A DNA stretch of 64,000 nt from Octopus sinensis (GCF_006345805.1 NC_042999.1:127348001-127412000), one strand, 5' to 3'; numbered from the stretch's first letter, positions 25,478-40,600 are shown. Numbers and translations: made by a program. The notes: generated by a model from the letters alone, not told the origin.

Positions 25478-26765
25478 TATTATTTTCCCCTTATCACAGG
25501 TTTTGTTGGAGCTCCTGGGGTCTTGCATACAGAGCAGGCTTACTACCTGCAGCCTATTGTACCATGCTATTCATTCTTTTCAGCTATCTAATACTTTCCT
25601 GATTATTCTGACCAAGAAGACAAACCTTTTGTAACAGTTCTACTGGGCACTCTATTCCAATTTCCTTTATATTCCTCTTGATGCCTTCTGATACTGTTCC
25701 CAACAATAATTGGCACTATCTTCACCTTCTTCATTTTCCTTAATCAGACTATTTAAGAGGGTTGTATCTATCTATCTTTTTGCCTTCCTTCTCGACTATT
25801 CATGGGTCAAGGGGGCATGCAATGTCAACTATATATCATATGTGGTGTACTTTGTCCATCACCACTAGGTCTGGTCTGTTATGCTCTAACACCTGATCTA
25901 TTTGGATTGGGAAATCTCAGAGGATTTTGCTAGTCTCTGACTCTGTTACTCTCTGCAGTTTGTGCTCATACCATGTCTTGCCTCTCTCAAGCCCCCACTT
26001 TTCACACAGTTTCCAATGTAGCACATTCTCTACCTGGTCATATCACCACAACTTGTAGTTATTTTGGGCAAGTCTAGGGCATTCGTTCATGATATGAGCA
26101 ATGGTTTCATTCACTCAATTGCAGATGTGGCACAGCAGAGACACTTGCTCATTCCTCAGGTTGATCCTCCAGTTTGTGGCCAAAGCTTGGTCCTGCACTG
26201 CCAGTATAGTGCTCTCCGTCTCCTTTTTTTAGGGTTCCTTTCATCAGCCAATCCCATCTATTATTTCCAGCAACTTCTGTTGTGGTTACATGGAATTGAT
26301 TGTGTAGTCCCTTCTTGTGTAATTCTTCTTCATGTCCTTTTTGTACTTCTTCCTTTGTTTTTTCTTTTTCCTCTTCTCTCAATACTCCCTCATTCCTAAT
26401 TGTCACTGGCAAGGTTTCCTTACTTTGGGCTAGGTATCTCATTAAGCTCTTGAGTTCGATACACATGCAGTCTTCCACACTTATCAGTCCCCTTCCTCCA
26501 TTTTCTCTCTTCAGGTATAGGTGATCAGTGTTTGCATGTGGATGATGGGCTCCATGCATCATTAAGAGCTTTCTAGACTTCCTGTTCATCTCCTTTAGCT
26601 CCTCCTCTGTCCACTTCAGGATTCCAACACTATACCAAAATACTGCAACTGTGTGCAAGTTTATTGCCAAAATCATACTTCTGGCATTCAGCTTTGAAGC
26701 CAATATTTTTCTCACTCACCACAGGTGCTCTCTTTTTGTCTTTTCTTTCATGTCGTGGTGTTTGA
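25478..26765 (-). mobile_element. Diverged R4/Dong-like RLE element (different subfamily)
   Basis: LKWTEEELKEMNRKSRKLLMMHG...LYLKRENGGRGL, AAQDQAL, and NRPDLVV...VDIACP downstream. Confidence 0.85.
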
Positions 26766-26767
26766 TT

Positions 26768-26990
26768 CTATCTGCCTCATGTTATCTTAAGTCTCCTCAA
26801 ATCTCCAGAATTTTTCTTAGGATTTTTGCGGAATATAGAATAGTACTTTTCTGCAGGTTGACAATATTTGTTTCAATTCCAGTTTCTTTCAGTCTTTCAG
26901 GTAATATTTTGGTGTTGTGCCAAGTGCACCAATTGCCATGGGGAATAATTGTTGTCTTAGTTTTCCATAGTCTCCTCAACTCTTTGATGA
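26768..26990 (-). mobile_element. RLE element 3' fragment
   Basis: LKETGIETNIVNLQKSTILYSAKILRKILEI*, an R4-type C-terminus. Confidence 0.7.
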
Positions 26991-28737
26991 GATCAAGGGT
27001 TGATAAAAAGAACTACCAGTCAAGTACTGGGGTTGTGTAATCAACTATACCCTTCCCATAAAATTTCTGGCCTTTTACCAAAATTTGAGACCATCATCAT
27101 AATCATTATTATTATTACTAGCAGACTGGCCATCCTCTGGGCAGTGTTTTGCTAGTTGCATAATATTTAGATATTTAATTCTCAATTTGTGTAGTTTTTC
27201 TGTGTTTGTTATGTCTAATTTTCTTTTCTGTCTTTTCTTCATCTTACAGTAAATTTGGGGCAAAACTACAGAATTGTGCCCCACCAAATTTATTTCTTTG
27301 TAACTTTCTGAAAAATTGCTGTAATCCTTTTGTCAGGACTGTTATAACACCCAATCCCATATAGCTGTATAGTTAGTTAGACCAGTAAAGACACAACTAT
27401 CTATGACCATCTACTTTGTACTCTCTCTTCTTACTGACATTGACTGACAATATTTATAACTACTAGCACATACCAATCGTCACATGGGAGGAGTGTACCA
27501 TTATTACTATTATCCCCATAACAAAAATGGATATCTATTAATGAAAGTTTCTACAAATACATTTAGGATGATGTAGATTAGGAGTATGGTAGTTGTTTTC
27601 AGCCAACCAGAACTCATTGTTCACATGATAAGTTCCAGAATGCTCTTTCAGTAACAGCCTTATAAACAGCCGTTTTTAACATGATAAGCAGAAGGAATTG
27701 GGATCCCATTTCATTATGGTCCCCAATTCCTCTTTCAAAGCTGTTTTCAGTTTCATACTCAAACCAGTGCAATTTTCCCAATAGCTCTATACCAACTTGG
27801 AGATCAATGAAGAAATCAATGCAGCCAAATGTTTTTGCAACAATGTAAAAGATCAGCTTAATCATTAATTGTTTGTAAAGACCTTCAGCACCTGTAAAAT
27901 ACAATGTTAATTTAAGATTGACTCTGTCTGTATTTCATGAAGCATTGTAAAAAAAATGTAGCAATAAATGTATATAAACTGACACCAAGTCTTTGTCATA
28001 ACAATTCTTCATTAGTATACTGGAATTTGTAGGGAAAACTTTTTCAGAGGATGTGGGAAGTTTTGGATAATTTATATGTCTCAATTTTGTTTCCTCATAG
28101 CTTTCGGAATGATGTATATTTTTTAATGAAATTGTCTACAAATAACTTTCTGATGGTGTAGATTACAAATATATCAGAATTTAAAGTGATGAAAAATATT
28201 GGGGGAGGGGCAGATATTTCATCCATCTCAACTTTGTTTCTTCATGTCTTGATGATTTAATGTTGAGAAGGACCAAAAACTTTTGAGACCCATATGATCC
28301 CTACTATTTCTAACATACTAAACAACCACAGAGAAGATGGATCACCTTTAAGCTTGTTTAAAAGAGAGAAATTAAGATAAAATAATGGAAGAAATGTGTA
28401 TTCAATTATTAGTGCTAGCAATGTAATCGTCTTTCTACAAAGATTTCTTTCAGAGAATTTTCAAGAAAGGGTGAAATAGTCCTCAAAAGTAATATCTTTT
28501 TCAACAAAATAGTAATTGAATCATCAAAATGCATTAGCAAACAATTTTTATCCCATTAAATTCCAATATCATCATAATTTATACTATCTGAAAGGTATCT
28601 ATAGGAAATTTCATTAAAAAATATATCCATTTTCCAGATGGTTATGGAAAAAAAATTGTTGGTAGAAGATGGGGTACTCTTTTGTAGTTATGCCCAATTG
28701 ACATAAGCTAATTAAAAACACTTTTCTTATACCATCT

Positions 28738-28783
<46 letters not shown>

Positions 28784-29313
28784 AAATTTGATTAAAAAAT
28801 ATTCATTTTTCAGCTGGTTATGAGAACAGAAAATCACTAGAGGTGGTGGTGAGGGCACCCTTCTGTAGTTATGCCCAATTGACATAAGTTAATTAAAAAA
28901 CACTTTTCTTATTCAGCTTCCTATTTCTTCAACAACAACCAACAAATATGAAAGGATATTGAAATCAACATAATTTTACCCAAGCTAAATTAGACTTATA
29001 ATTTTTAGAAAGTAGTGTTGTAAATATCTGGGTAACCTTTATATTTTCCAGAAGTATAAACAAACATTAAAAAATGCTAAGAGTTGCATTGAATAAAAAC
29101 TTATGATTGAAGTGCATAGAAGAAATATTCAATAATAAAAGAAACTTGAAATCTGTATTTCGATAAAACAAAAAAAAAGAAAATATACTAAAACTGGAAT
29201 TTATAAAAATTTTCCAAACAGTCTAGATTTTAATAATTGCTTTCCTTTAATAAAAGTTTCATAATCCAAACTAATTAGAAAGCAACTTTCTTTATTATAA
29301 TATAGATTTTTAT

Positions 29314-29347
<34 letters not shown>

Positions 29348-29567
29348 ATCACAACAGAGCAGTAAGCTGGCAGAATTGTCAGGATGTTAGAAAAAATTCC
29401 TTGCATTAGTGGTCCTGGTTTTCTATTTTGGGTTCTAATTCTGCCAAGGTCATCTTTGACTTTCATTCTTCTAGGGCTGATAAAATAAAGTACCTGGGGA
29501 TGACAGTATTGACTAACTGCCCTGCCAAATTGCTGACTTTATGCCTAAATGAAAAACTACTCATCAT

Positions 29568-30905
29568 CATCATCATTTAGTGTCTGTTGTCCATGCTGGC
29601 ATAGATTGGACAATTTGACCAGGGCTGGTAAGCTGAGTGGCTGCAAGAGACTCTAGTCTGATTTGGCATGGTTTCTACAGCTGGATGGCCTTCCTAACGC
29701 CCACCACTCTGAGAGTGTAATAGGTGCTTTTACATGCCACTGACACAAGTATCAGTATGCATGACATCAATACATACCACAACTACGATTTCACTTGGCT
29801 TGATGGGTCTTCTCAAGCACGGCATAGGCCAAAGGTCTTAGTCATTTGTCATTGCTTCCATGAAGCTTAGCACTCAGAAGGTGTTTTTTACGTGCCATCA
29901 GCACAGGTGCTAGTTATGCAACACCAGCATCAGCCACATTGCCTCCATGAGGCCCAATGCTCGAAAGGTGCTTTTTACATGCAACCAGTAGAGGTGCTAG
30001 TTACATGACACTGACTATAACTACAGCTATGCTTTACTTGGCTTGACAGGTCTTTTTTAGCATGGTATATTACCAAAGGTCCCATGAGGCCCAGTGTTTA
30101 AAGATCCATGAGGCCCAATGTTTAAAGACCATACTTCACCACCTCACCTCATGTCTTCCTAGCTTCCTTCCACTGGTAGAGATCAGCACTTCTTCACACA
30201 ACTGTCCATATCTATATGCATCACATGACCATACCAATGGAGTTGTTTCTCTTGCATACCACATCGGATGCCTCTTATGCCCAGCTTTTCTCTCAAGACA
30301 CTTACACTTTGTCATACATGCACACTGACATTACGCATTCAGCAAAGCATACTAACTTCATTTCTTTCAAGCCTACACATATCACAGCCCATGTTTCACT
30401 GCCATATAGCATAGCTGTTCATACAAAGGCATCATACAATCTACCTTTCACTCTGAGGAAGAAACATTTTGTTACCAACAGAGGTAGGAGTTCTCTGTAC
30501 ATTACCCAATCTATTCTTATTCTAGCAGCTATGCTCTCAGAGCATCCACCACCCACCGCTACTGACTTGGTCATCAAGATAATGAAAGTTATCAACTACT
30601 TCTAGCTTTCCCCCTTGGCATTTGATGGAGTCTTTTTGTTGCACATTTTTAGTGTTTATTGTACCTGTGCACCTACCACACACAAAAACTATTTTCCCCT
30701 TTAACCTTCCTCTGATATTGCTACACCTTTTATGTGACCATAGCTTGCACTGGGTACTTCTGATGGTATTTCTATCTCCCCCTTTCCTACAGATCAAGCA
30801 GAGCCATCTACCTGAGGAGATTTGTGATTTGTCTGCCTACTTACTAAGATTTTGGTTTTTGCAAGTTTAACTCTTTGACCCTTCAATTGTAGACCTTGCT
30901 TCCAT
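29568..30905 (-). mobile_element. Decayed RTE copy (RT C-terminus plus 3' UTR)
   Basis: Minus ORF ICRKGGDRNTIRSTQCKLWSHKRCSNIRGRL...LEVVDNFHYL is homologous to the RT at 16727-16960; tail at 29568-29750. Confidence 0.9.
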
Positions 30906-30926
30906 ACCTGAAACTTCTTGTCTTGT

Positions 30927-31030
30927 TCTGGGAGTGATTCAAGTGCTGGGAGTGATTCAGCTCTGTGACTGGTTCAAATTTTGGGAGTGATTCAATTTCT
31001 GGGAGTGATTCAAGTTCTGGGAGTGATTTC
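30927..31030. repeat. Minisatellite, about 18-bp unit (ctgggagtgattcaa), 5-6 copies
   Basis: Direct inspection. Confidence 0.85.
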
Positions 31031-34000
31031 ATTATGAAAGTAGCGAGCAAGCAATATTGTCATCATGCTGGATAGAATGATTTGAGGCATTTCTTCCGGC
31101 AGTTCAGTTCAGCTGAGGTTGACTTTGGCTCTCACCCTTTCAGCATCAATAAAATAAGTACCAACTGAGCATTGGGGTCAGTGTAATCAACTAACACTCT
31201 TCCCCAAATTTTCGGGCTTTGTGCCTATAAAAAAATGAATTATTATTATCATTAGCTCTGTAGGGTCAATTAAATACCAGTCAAGAACTGGCTTTAATCA
31301 ATACTATTAACTAAAACCCTCTTCTACTTCAAAATTGTCAGCTTCGTGCCTAATTAGAAACTGTTATTAATATTATTATGTTCAGTCATCTCCGTTGAAG
31401 AGGCTCTGTGAAACATTCATAACTATTCAAATGATCCCTAATAAATAACAGTATATATTTCCCAAATGCTGTTGGGTCGTCTCATTTAGCCCTGATTCAT
31501 TTGACCTATGTAAAAGTGGTTGTCAACCAAATAGTTGACAGTGACCTTCAATTATCATTGATTAATGAAGCAAAGCTGGAACATTTGAAAATACTTGGCA
31601 CTTTTTTTTTTTTTTTCAAATTTCATATGATGAGGACTCAATCTTAGCATTGAAAGCCTTTAACCAGCTTTGAATGAATTTCATGACCTACCACACAGTC
31701 ATTTACTTGAAGAATTTTTTTCCTGGTTTGCTGTTAAGTGGGTCAGGAAAGTTTAAGGCTTTGTCCTCAAATGCATATCTCTATTGTAGGTGCTATATAA
31801 CTTTTCTTTATACCAAGCCACCTGAGACCCCTCTGGTTGTATGAGAAAAACCTTCTATTTAAAGTGATCTAAATTACAACCTTCTATCAAAACTTTTGAT
31901 AATTTATGTTCTAAACATCAATAACAAATTTATTTTACTAAATTCTTCATTAGTTTCAAAATTAGTTGCAACTAAGACAGTATATTTCAGTACAAATACA
32001 GTAACAAAAGGTTAAAATTCTAGAATTTATGTTTGATGTACTTGACCCTCATACTAGCTGAGTCTGAAGACTGCCTCTCATTCTTCATATTTCAATGAAA
32101 ATTTTCCATTTTAGCATTGTGTAAGAAGCATTGGTTTAAACTTTATTCCAAAAAGCAATTTAATGATTGTTTCTAACAATTTTTAAGAGATCTAACTAAA
32201 AATCACTAGTCATTTTGTCAACTATTCTACCAGTATTTTTTTTTCAATCAACCTACCTTTAAAAGCTAATTTAATAATGACAAATAAGTTATTTATTCAT
32301 CTATTCATTGTTTTTGAAATTAATTCACACAAAAAGTGTTATTTTGTTACTAATATGGTCAGAAGAGGGTTGGTTAAACCTCACTCTAAAATTCATATAC
32401 CCTTTTCATATCATTACTGTCTCACTTTTACAGCCTATATATATATATATTTCTTTTCTCCCCTTCAAATTCAAAGAATCAATAAGAAACAAGTGGGGAA
32501 TGGGGAGAGGTAATAATGATATACTTATGTATTCAATCAAAAATTTAGCAAGAAGAGATCTTTGGTTTGTTTTCTGTATTTGAATTTAGGCAGGTGATAT
32601 TAAAGAAGATATTAATCTAAAATGTTATATCCACAATTCAAAAAGTTACAGATTATAAATTTCTAGACTTGATAGAATTGGCTAGAAACATATAAGGAAG
32701 TAAGTTAAAATACATGTCAGTTTAAAATAAACTGAGCTTGAAAAAATTGTGCTGTAACAAACAATCATTTCCATCATCATTTAACGTCTGCTTTCGATGC
32801 TTGAATGGATGAGACTGAGTTTGTTGAGGTGAAATTTCTGTAGCTGGATGCTCTTCCTGTCAACAACTCTCACTTGTTTCCACGCAAAGTAGCATTTTCC
32901 CATAGCATGACATTATTTTATAGAAGACTGGGAAAGAATAAACTTCTTTGTATGATGGAGATTCTCATTTAGAACCATTATATGAATTCAAGACAAGGGT
33001 ACATACAAACACACACACACACACTACAAGCTTCCTTCAATTTATGTCTACTAATTCCACTCACATGACTTTGGTCAGCCAGGTCTATTACAGAAAGCAC
33101 CCAAGCTGCCATGTAGTGGAACTGAACTTAAAACCCTATGGTCAGAAAGCAAACTTATTAACCACACAGCCATGTCTGTGCCATGATGACTGAAAATATT
33201 ATTTTTGATGCTTACATGTTGCTTTTCATTTACAAAGGATTTCTACTGAGAAATAAAGCTTCAAGCAAATGTCTACACCTCAAAGAATATTTCAGAGAAC
33301 AGTTTGCAATGTTGTTTGTAGCTAAAACTGCAATTATTGGTTACTATAAGACATTTTCATAAGGCAGAATTTCCCTGGAAACAGTATTCTGTATACAAAC
33401 ACAAAGAATTATTTTTTCTTTTGACTCCTAAACTACAACATTATATGAAGAAAAGAAAAGAAAAAGAATAATACACTCCATGGATTTCCTCTTGACTGCA
33501 AATTATTTCTATCTATAATAAAATGTCAATTAAAATCACTGGTTATGTCATGCTGTTGATTCTTAAAAAGAATGAAATAATACTATACATGGTTACCATC
33601 ATTGAGAAATTTTAAGTGTCTTAATAACGAAACAAAATTAAATGCATGAATGCTTTGCATTTTTATAATTTCTTACGTTCAAATTCAAAAATTCTAATCC
33701 TACATCATATTGCAAAGAAATGATTATTTCCTTTGTCACAGTTCCAACTAAAAAGGAAACTATGTGTGTTTGAAAAATTTCATAGCTATACTGAAAAGTA
33801 GATTTAATTCATATAAGGTGACATAATTTGCATATTGGTGTATTAATATTGTGAGTCCGTTTATGTATGTGTCAGTTTTATTTCAAGATTTCTTACCAAT
33901 ACAGAAAGAGCCAGTTTCTAACCTTGATCCAAGGCTCCTTCATTGGAATTTCAATAACATCAACAGTGTATTTGTGCATGTATGCGTATATGTGCAGTTT

Positions 34001-34129
34001 TTGGAGTCAGTGCATGTGAAGATTTGTATATATAGTTGTATGTCTAGATATGCGCATATATACTTAAATGATAAACTTCTGGAAGGTTTTACAGATTTTT
34101 ACAGTTCCAGTGATGGCTTGGATCTGTAG

Positions 34130-34620
34130 CCTTCAAATCAGCTTTCTCCTTTCTGGTTTTGGGAAGCCTAATTTCTCAAGATTGGTATTTAGGTAGTGTG
34201 TAACATATTCAAGTACCCCAATAATTACAGGTATAAACCTGAACTTGTAATCTGGACAGAGTAACTGTAGATTTCTCAATAGTTCAGCAAAGGTATTTTC
34301 TTTTATGTTGATCATTAGCTTTATATTAACATCTATTGGGCAGCTGATTTCAACAACTGTACACGGTTTCTCTTTTCTATCTGAAATCACTATGTCAGGT
34401 CTATTATGTTTGCAGTTTATTTAGGTTTTCACAGGGACATTTCACCAGTACTCCTTATTATGAGTACTTCTACCATACTGAAGGCTCTCATTTCTTTGAC
34501 CTCAGGGTTATCCTTCCAATGGATCTCATTATACAATGTCTTAGCTATAACATCATGTCTCATTGGTAGATAAAATGATGACATTATCAGACAACTGTTT
34601 TTATACATATATATTGTATC
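34130..34620 (-). mobile_element. RLE non-LTR retrotransposon 3' fragment (CCHC plus PD..D nuclease)
   Basis: KHNRPDIVISDRKEKPCTVVEISCP...FRFIPVIIG on the minus strand. Confidence 0.8.
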
Positions 34621-35165
34621 ACATTCTCTTGGAATGTGATTTAAAGTATGTGAATCTTACTAAATTTCAGATATTGTCCCTTGTCACTCTTGGTAAGAAT
34701 TTTTGTTAGCACTAAGTTTCTTCTCTTCACAGCTGTAATTTCTTTACATTAAAAACTATTTTGTGGATCATAATTTTAAGCATGTTAGCCTGCACTTCAT
34801 TATATACTCTTCATACAGATGGCTCCCCAGGAAAAACTTTCTATTGTTATTACACTGAATAGGACACTTGATTAGATAGAAACTCAGCAGATTTAAATAT
34901 TTGTATTCTATAACTATATTGGCATGAATTTTTTTCTTTAATTTCAGGAGTTAATATGTGCTGGCCTTTTGAGAAGTTCAAATATTTAATCAGCATAGAG
35001 CTAACAAATTTTTTTTTCTTGTATAGGATTAGGCCTGTTTTAAGATGATTAACTATTTCTAGAGTGATTTATAGATATAAAGTGTGTTTATCATTGTAGG
35101 CTTTTGTAAAATATTGCTTCTGTATCGCTTCTAATAGGATTCCAAGGTTATAAAGGTAATTAAGA

Positions 35166-35265
<100 letters not shown>

Positions 35266-35484
35266 GATATGCATATGTATACATGTGTGTGTGTGTGTGT
35301 ATATATACATACATACATACATACATGATGGGCTTCTTTCAGTTTCTATTAACCAAATCTACTCACAAGGCTTTTGATGGTTCTGGGCTGTAGTAGAAGA
35401 GATTTGTCTATGGTGTCATGCAGTGGGACTGGACTTGGAACCATGTGACTGAGAAGCAAACTTTTTTTAGCACACAGTCATACA

Positions 35485-35509
35485 CTTTGTGTGTGTGTGT
35501 GTGCATGCG

Positions 35510-35600
<91 letters not shown>
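35485..35600. repeat. (GT)n microsatellite
   Basis: Direct inspection. Confidence 0.95.
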
Positions 35601-35601
<1 letters not shown>

Positions 35602-35639
35602 ATGCACCTGTTTGTTTGAGTATCTGAATAATATTAAGA

Positions 35640-36020
35640 ATTAGATGTTTGAAAATGTTGGGTAAACTGAATGAATTTGGCTGTGATGGGAAAATAAGTA
35701 ATAGAATTCTTTGGGTGGTCTAGAAATTCCAAAATTCTAAACCACTGGGCACAGTACATCTTCATCTGATCTAGGAGACAATGGCACATTCTTCTATCAT
35801 GCTGAGACTGTCTAAGATTCAACAAGACTATCAGGAAATGCTGCTTCTCATTCAATATTTGACTTGTACTTTGATGTTTGGAAAATTGGAAGATTGCCAT
35901 TCCAGAAACACAGCAAGCTGGATGGAATTAGTATAAGACAACTTCATTTTAGCAAAGTCAGTCAAAGATGGTATTCATCTCGACACAGAATGTGTGCTGA
36001 AATTGTGATCAACATTCAGT
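35640..36020 (+). mobile_element. Ancient RTE-like LINE C-terminal relic
   Basis: LMFGKLEDCHSRNTASWMELV*DNF resembles the RTE 'LLFGEL..G.R..GRP..RW.D' motif; in-frame stops. Confidence 0.5.
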
Positions 36021-36291
36021 GTGGTTATGAAATGTGCAGGCATGCATGCACTTGTGTGTGTGTGTGTGTTTGAGCTTGTATGTGTGTGTCTCATTCTTTC
36101 GAATTGGTTGAGGGTCAGCAGAGAAATATGATTTGGAGATTTTTATGGTCTTACAAATTGTATTTCAAGAGGAAGAAAATAACCTATAGCAGATGGAAAT
36201 TATCACTGATGTTATAATTGTATAATTACGTGCATAGGAGTGTTAATACAAATAATATAAATTATATGTATATACATACATAAACATATAT

Positions 36292-36363
<72 letters not shown>

Positions 36364-36536
36364 TTAGACATATACATATACATTTACATATACATATACA
36401 TATACATTACATGTGCATGCATGCACACATGCATGCACATACACACACATACAAACACACATGCATGCACACAAACATACACACACATCCATATACATAT
36501 ATATATATATGTATATGTATATGTATATGTATAAAG

Positions 36537-36567
<31 letters not shown>

Positions 36568-36852
36568 ATTTTGTACTTATTTCAGTCATTTGACTGTGGC
36601 CATGCTGGTGTAGTCTTGGAGAAGTTTAACCAAATGGATCGACCCCAGTACTTATTGCTCTTTTGTAAAGCATGGCACTTATTCTATTGGACCCTTTAGC
36701 TGAACTGCTAAATTAAGGGGACATAAACACACACACATCTGTTGTCAAGTGGTAGTTGGGACAAACGCAGACATAATGACACACATACATATACATACAT
36801 ACATATATATGTATATGTATATGTATATATATTATATATATATATATATATT

Positions 36853-37360
36853 GAAGGCATGGCTGCTCTTGATTATTGGAATCGCCTTAAAGCCTTGAAA
36901 CTGTACTCTCTCCAGCGTCGCCGTGAGCGGTACATCATTTGTACGATGTGGAGAATATACCGCCAACTTTGCCCAAACGACCTGAACATTAGCTTCAAGG
37001 TTCATCCAAGACTGGGACCACGGGCCATACGTCCCCTGCCCAATTCAAGATGACAACATACATGTACACTGCAACATAATTTCTTTTCCTCAACAGGCCC
37101 TGCCCTATTTAACAATGTTCTGAAAGAGATCAAAGAGGAAAAGGATCCCATCAACTTTAAACGGAGTCTGGATAGATTCCTTCAAGGAATACCAGATAAG
37201 CCACCCATAATTGGATACAACTCACCCAACAAAAACTCACTACTTGAATGGACCATAAACAAAACTTGACTTAAACAGGATTCAAATAATGCTATCAGGT
37301 GGTGCTATTAAGTTAGACATGGCCTGGACCAATCTTTGGTCGAAACATATCTAAGTTTTA
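36853..37360 (+). mobile_element. CR1/jockey-like LINE 3' end (second family)
   Basis: LDYWNRLKALKLYSLQRRRERYII...GPALFN...FKRSLDRFLQGIPDKP; tail tatctaagtttt repeated. Confidence 0.85.
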
Positions 37361-37606
37361 TCTAAGTTTTATATATATATATATTCTTTTACTTGTTCCA
37401 GGCATTTGACTGTGGCCATACTGGAGCACTGCCTTGAAGGGTTTTAGTCAAACAAATTGAACCCAGGACTTATTTTTTAAAGCCTAGTATTTATTCTATC
37501 AGTATCTTTTGCCAAACCACTAGGTTATGGGGGATGTAAACACACCAACACCAGTTGACTGGGGGACAAACACAGACACAAAGACACAGATACATACGCA
37601 CACAGG

Positions 37607-37640
<34 letters not shown>

Positions 37641-40600
37641 TGCTTTCAAATCCACTAAATCTACCAAATCCACTCACAAGGCTTTAATTGGCTTGAGGCT
37701 ATAGTAGAAGACACTTGCCCAAGGTGCCACACATTGGGACTAAACCTAGAACCATGTGGTTGGGAAGCAAGCTTCTTACCACTCAGCCATGCTTGCGCCT
37801 GTATATATTCATATGTAATGTATATGCATATAGTTATTTGGGGATAGTTGGACATATAGTTACATGGACTGTGCAGATTGTAAATCAATCAGTGTAGTCA
37901 TGTACATGGAATGTTCAATTGATTTTCTTTTTATTATGTTATTGATTTTTAGCTTTTCTATTTAAGGAATTCATGAATGCTGTTGTCACCATGTTATAAT
38001 GCAGCTGTGGCTTGTTGTACAATGTTGTCTGAGATATTGTGTGGCTTAAGTCATTTTAGTATACTTTATGATAAACCTGATATAGTACCCAAAAAATGAG
38101 GGCAACAGGAACACTCATACTGAGGCATCACAGAAGATTTAGTTTTTGTATAATGCATCATGGTGAAGATGCAATGGGCAGGGGACTCGCGGTCGGAGGA
38201 TCACGGTTTCGATTCCCAGACCGGGTGTTGTGAGTGTTTATTGAGCGAAAACACCTAAAGCTCCACGAAGCTCCGGCAGGGGGTGGTGGCGACCCCTGTT
38301 GTACTCTTTCGCTCAACTTTCTCTCACTCTTTCTTCCTGTTTCTTGAGTAATACTGCAATGGGCTGGCGTCCCATCCAGCTGGGGGGAACACATATGAGA
38401 TAGAAAATGGGCCCATGAGCCTGGCTAGACTTGAAAAGGGTGCATAAATGAATGAAAAAATAATGCATCGCGAGAGGAACTCATCGAAGTCTTCTTTTTC
38501 ACCATTCAATTCTCGACACATGCTTGCTTTGTTCTCCTGCATGATTCAATCCTTTCTGAACACTTTCGTTGTTTTGGTCCTTATATTCCTCAGAAGGTTT
38601 TGATACAGAAAGTCCTTAACTGAAGATAGATGGATTTATTTTGCTGTCTTTTATACTTTTGTTCTTTTGCTTGTTGCAGTCATTAAACTGCAGTGGAGTT
38701 GGGAAACTTTCTTGAAGAATTTATTTGATCACTCAAAGTGATCCCATTACTTATATTTTAAGCATAGAACTTATTTTAGCAATCTCCATTTGTCACAATG
38801 CTAAATTATGAGACATCTGTCTTTATGGTGTGAGTGCTAGGTCAGATGTATCTGCATATATACACACATATGTACATTTACATACTTACATGCATAAATA
38901 CAGACACTTACTTATATTTATAGAAATTGATAGCTAGAAAATATTGATTTAACTGGACCTCAGGTTTTGTTTACAATGCTTTATTCATCCAGTTCAATAA
39001 GTTGTTAAAAGTGAAATATACATACATATATATATCTTTCATCTTTTACTTATTTCAGTCACTAGACTGCAGCCATTCTGGAGCATTACCTTGAACAATT
39101 TCTTTTAGTCAAAAGAATTGACCTCAGGGCTTATTCTTTGTAAGCCTAGTACTTATTCTATTGGTCTCTTTTGCTGAACTGCTAAGTTACAGGGATGTAG
39201 ACACACCAACATCTGTTGTCAAGTGATGTTGAGGCAACAAACACAGATACACAAACACATATGCACACATACATATATACATATATATATATATACGATG
39301 GGCCTCTTTCAGTTTTCAACTACCAAATTCACTCACAAAGCCCAAGGTGCCACCCAGTGGGACTGAACCCAGAACCATTTGGTTGGTAAGCAAGCTGCTT
39401 ACCGTACAGCCACTCCTGTGCCTATATATATATATATATTCTTTTATTCTTTTATTCTTTTACTTGTTTCAGTCAGTTGTTTTCAGCCATACTGGAGCAA
39501 CAACTTTAGTTGAAAAAATTAATTTGGTGTGGAGAGGGAGAAAATTAAAATATTGAGAACATGCTTTGTGAGTGAAATCATAATCGCCTGTATCGCAAAC
39601 ATAGGAATTAGAAGAAATTTAGGAAAAAAATAGTGGTGGGGAACGGAAATGTCACCTTAGACATGCTAGAAAGAAGAGGTAAAGGACAGGATTTCTGTGA
39701 GAACTTCCTTTTAAGTTTGTATTGAAGATCAGGATTTTAAATACACTCATCACAAACACAAATTACACAATAGAAAAAGATCATTTCAATTGGATTTGAG
39801 CTGTAAATTTGCACGTTCACACTGCAAGAATTAACATAATTTGCACATAAGTTTTACCTAGAGTGTGTGTACGCATGTGTGAGTGTGTCACAGGAGGTGA
39901 TTTTATGGCATTCTTTCATTTGAAGAAGCAAAGTTGTCAACTCGACATATATGGGATTGTTTGTTAATTTCCATGAAATTGTTTTACTTTCAGTATGCTT
40001 TGAAGAGAACAGAATTTGAAAGAGAGTATAAAGTGAAAAGACAACATTTGCTTTGAAGCGAGAAAAGAAAGTAAAAGAGAGAAGAAAGTGTAAGATGTAC
40101 ATGTATATGAAATGGATGCGTGTGTAAAAGAGAGTGAGTGAGTAAAGGTGTGTGTTGTGATGTATGAATTTTTTTGCATGTATGTGCAAGTGGTACTCAC
40201 TCTATCTCTCTCATTCACACACACACACACACACACATACACACACACATTATCTTTCATATACATGTACATAAATAGGTGGAGGTAAAGAATATGCATG
40301 CTGCCCGTTTTCAGCATAACCGTAACCCTAAACAGTGGAAGTGCGTGTTATTGACCTTCGCCCATAAATATATTTGCATCCATCGTTTTTGTGCATGAGA
40401 GAGAGAGAGAGAGGCTGTATTTCCTCATAACATATAGAAAAATGGATGTCTTTTAGTGCAATGTTTTTGTTTGTGGCTTATTTTAATACAATATTTATGT
40501 GTACATTTTCATAAATGTTTGTTTGTGTAGAATTCTACACATGTCAAACATCAGACGAAAATGATACATTAGAAGTAAATCAAAGTATTGTCCAAAAATG

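Noticed and set aside
34670-35040. Cluster of strong acceptor-like sites and a 22-nt ag...gtaaga segment
   Set aside because: The implied intron of about 40 nt is too short and the frames end quickly; not separable from chance.
35775-35936. 53-codon frame opening at an AG, exon-like
   Set aside because: It continues past the stop in RTE C-terminal motifs, so it is a LINE relic.
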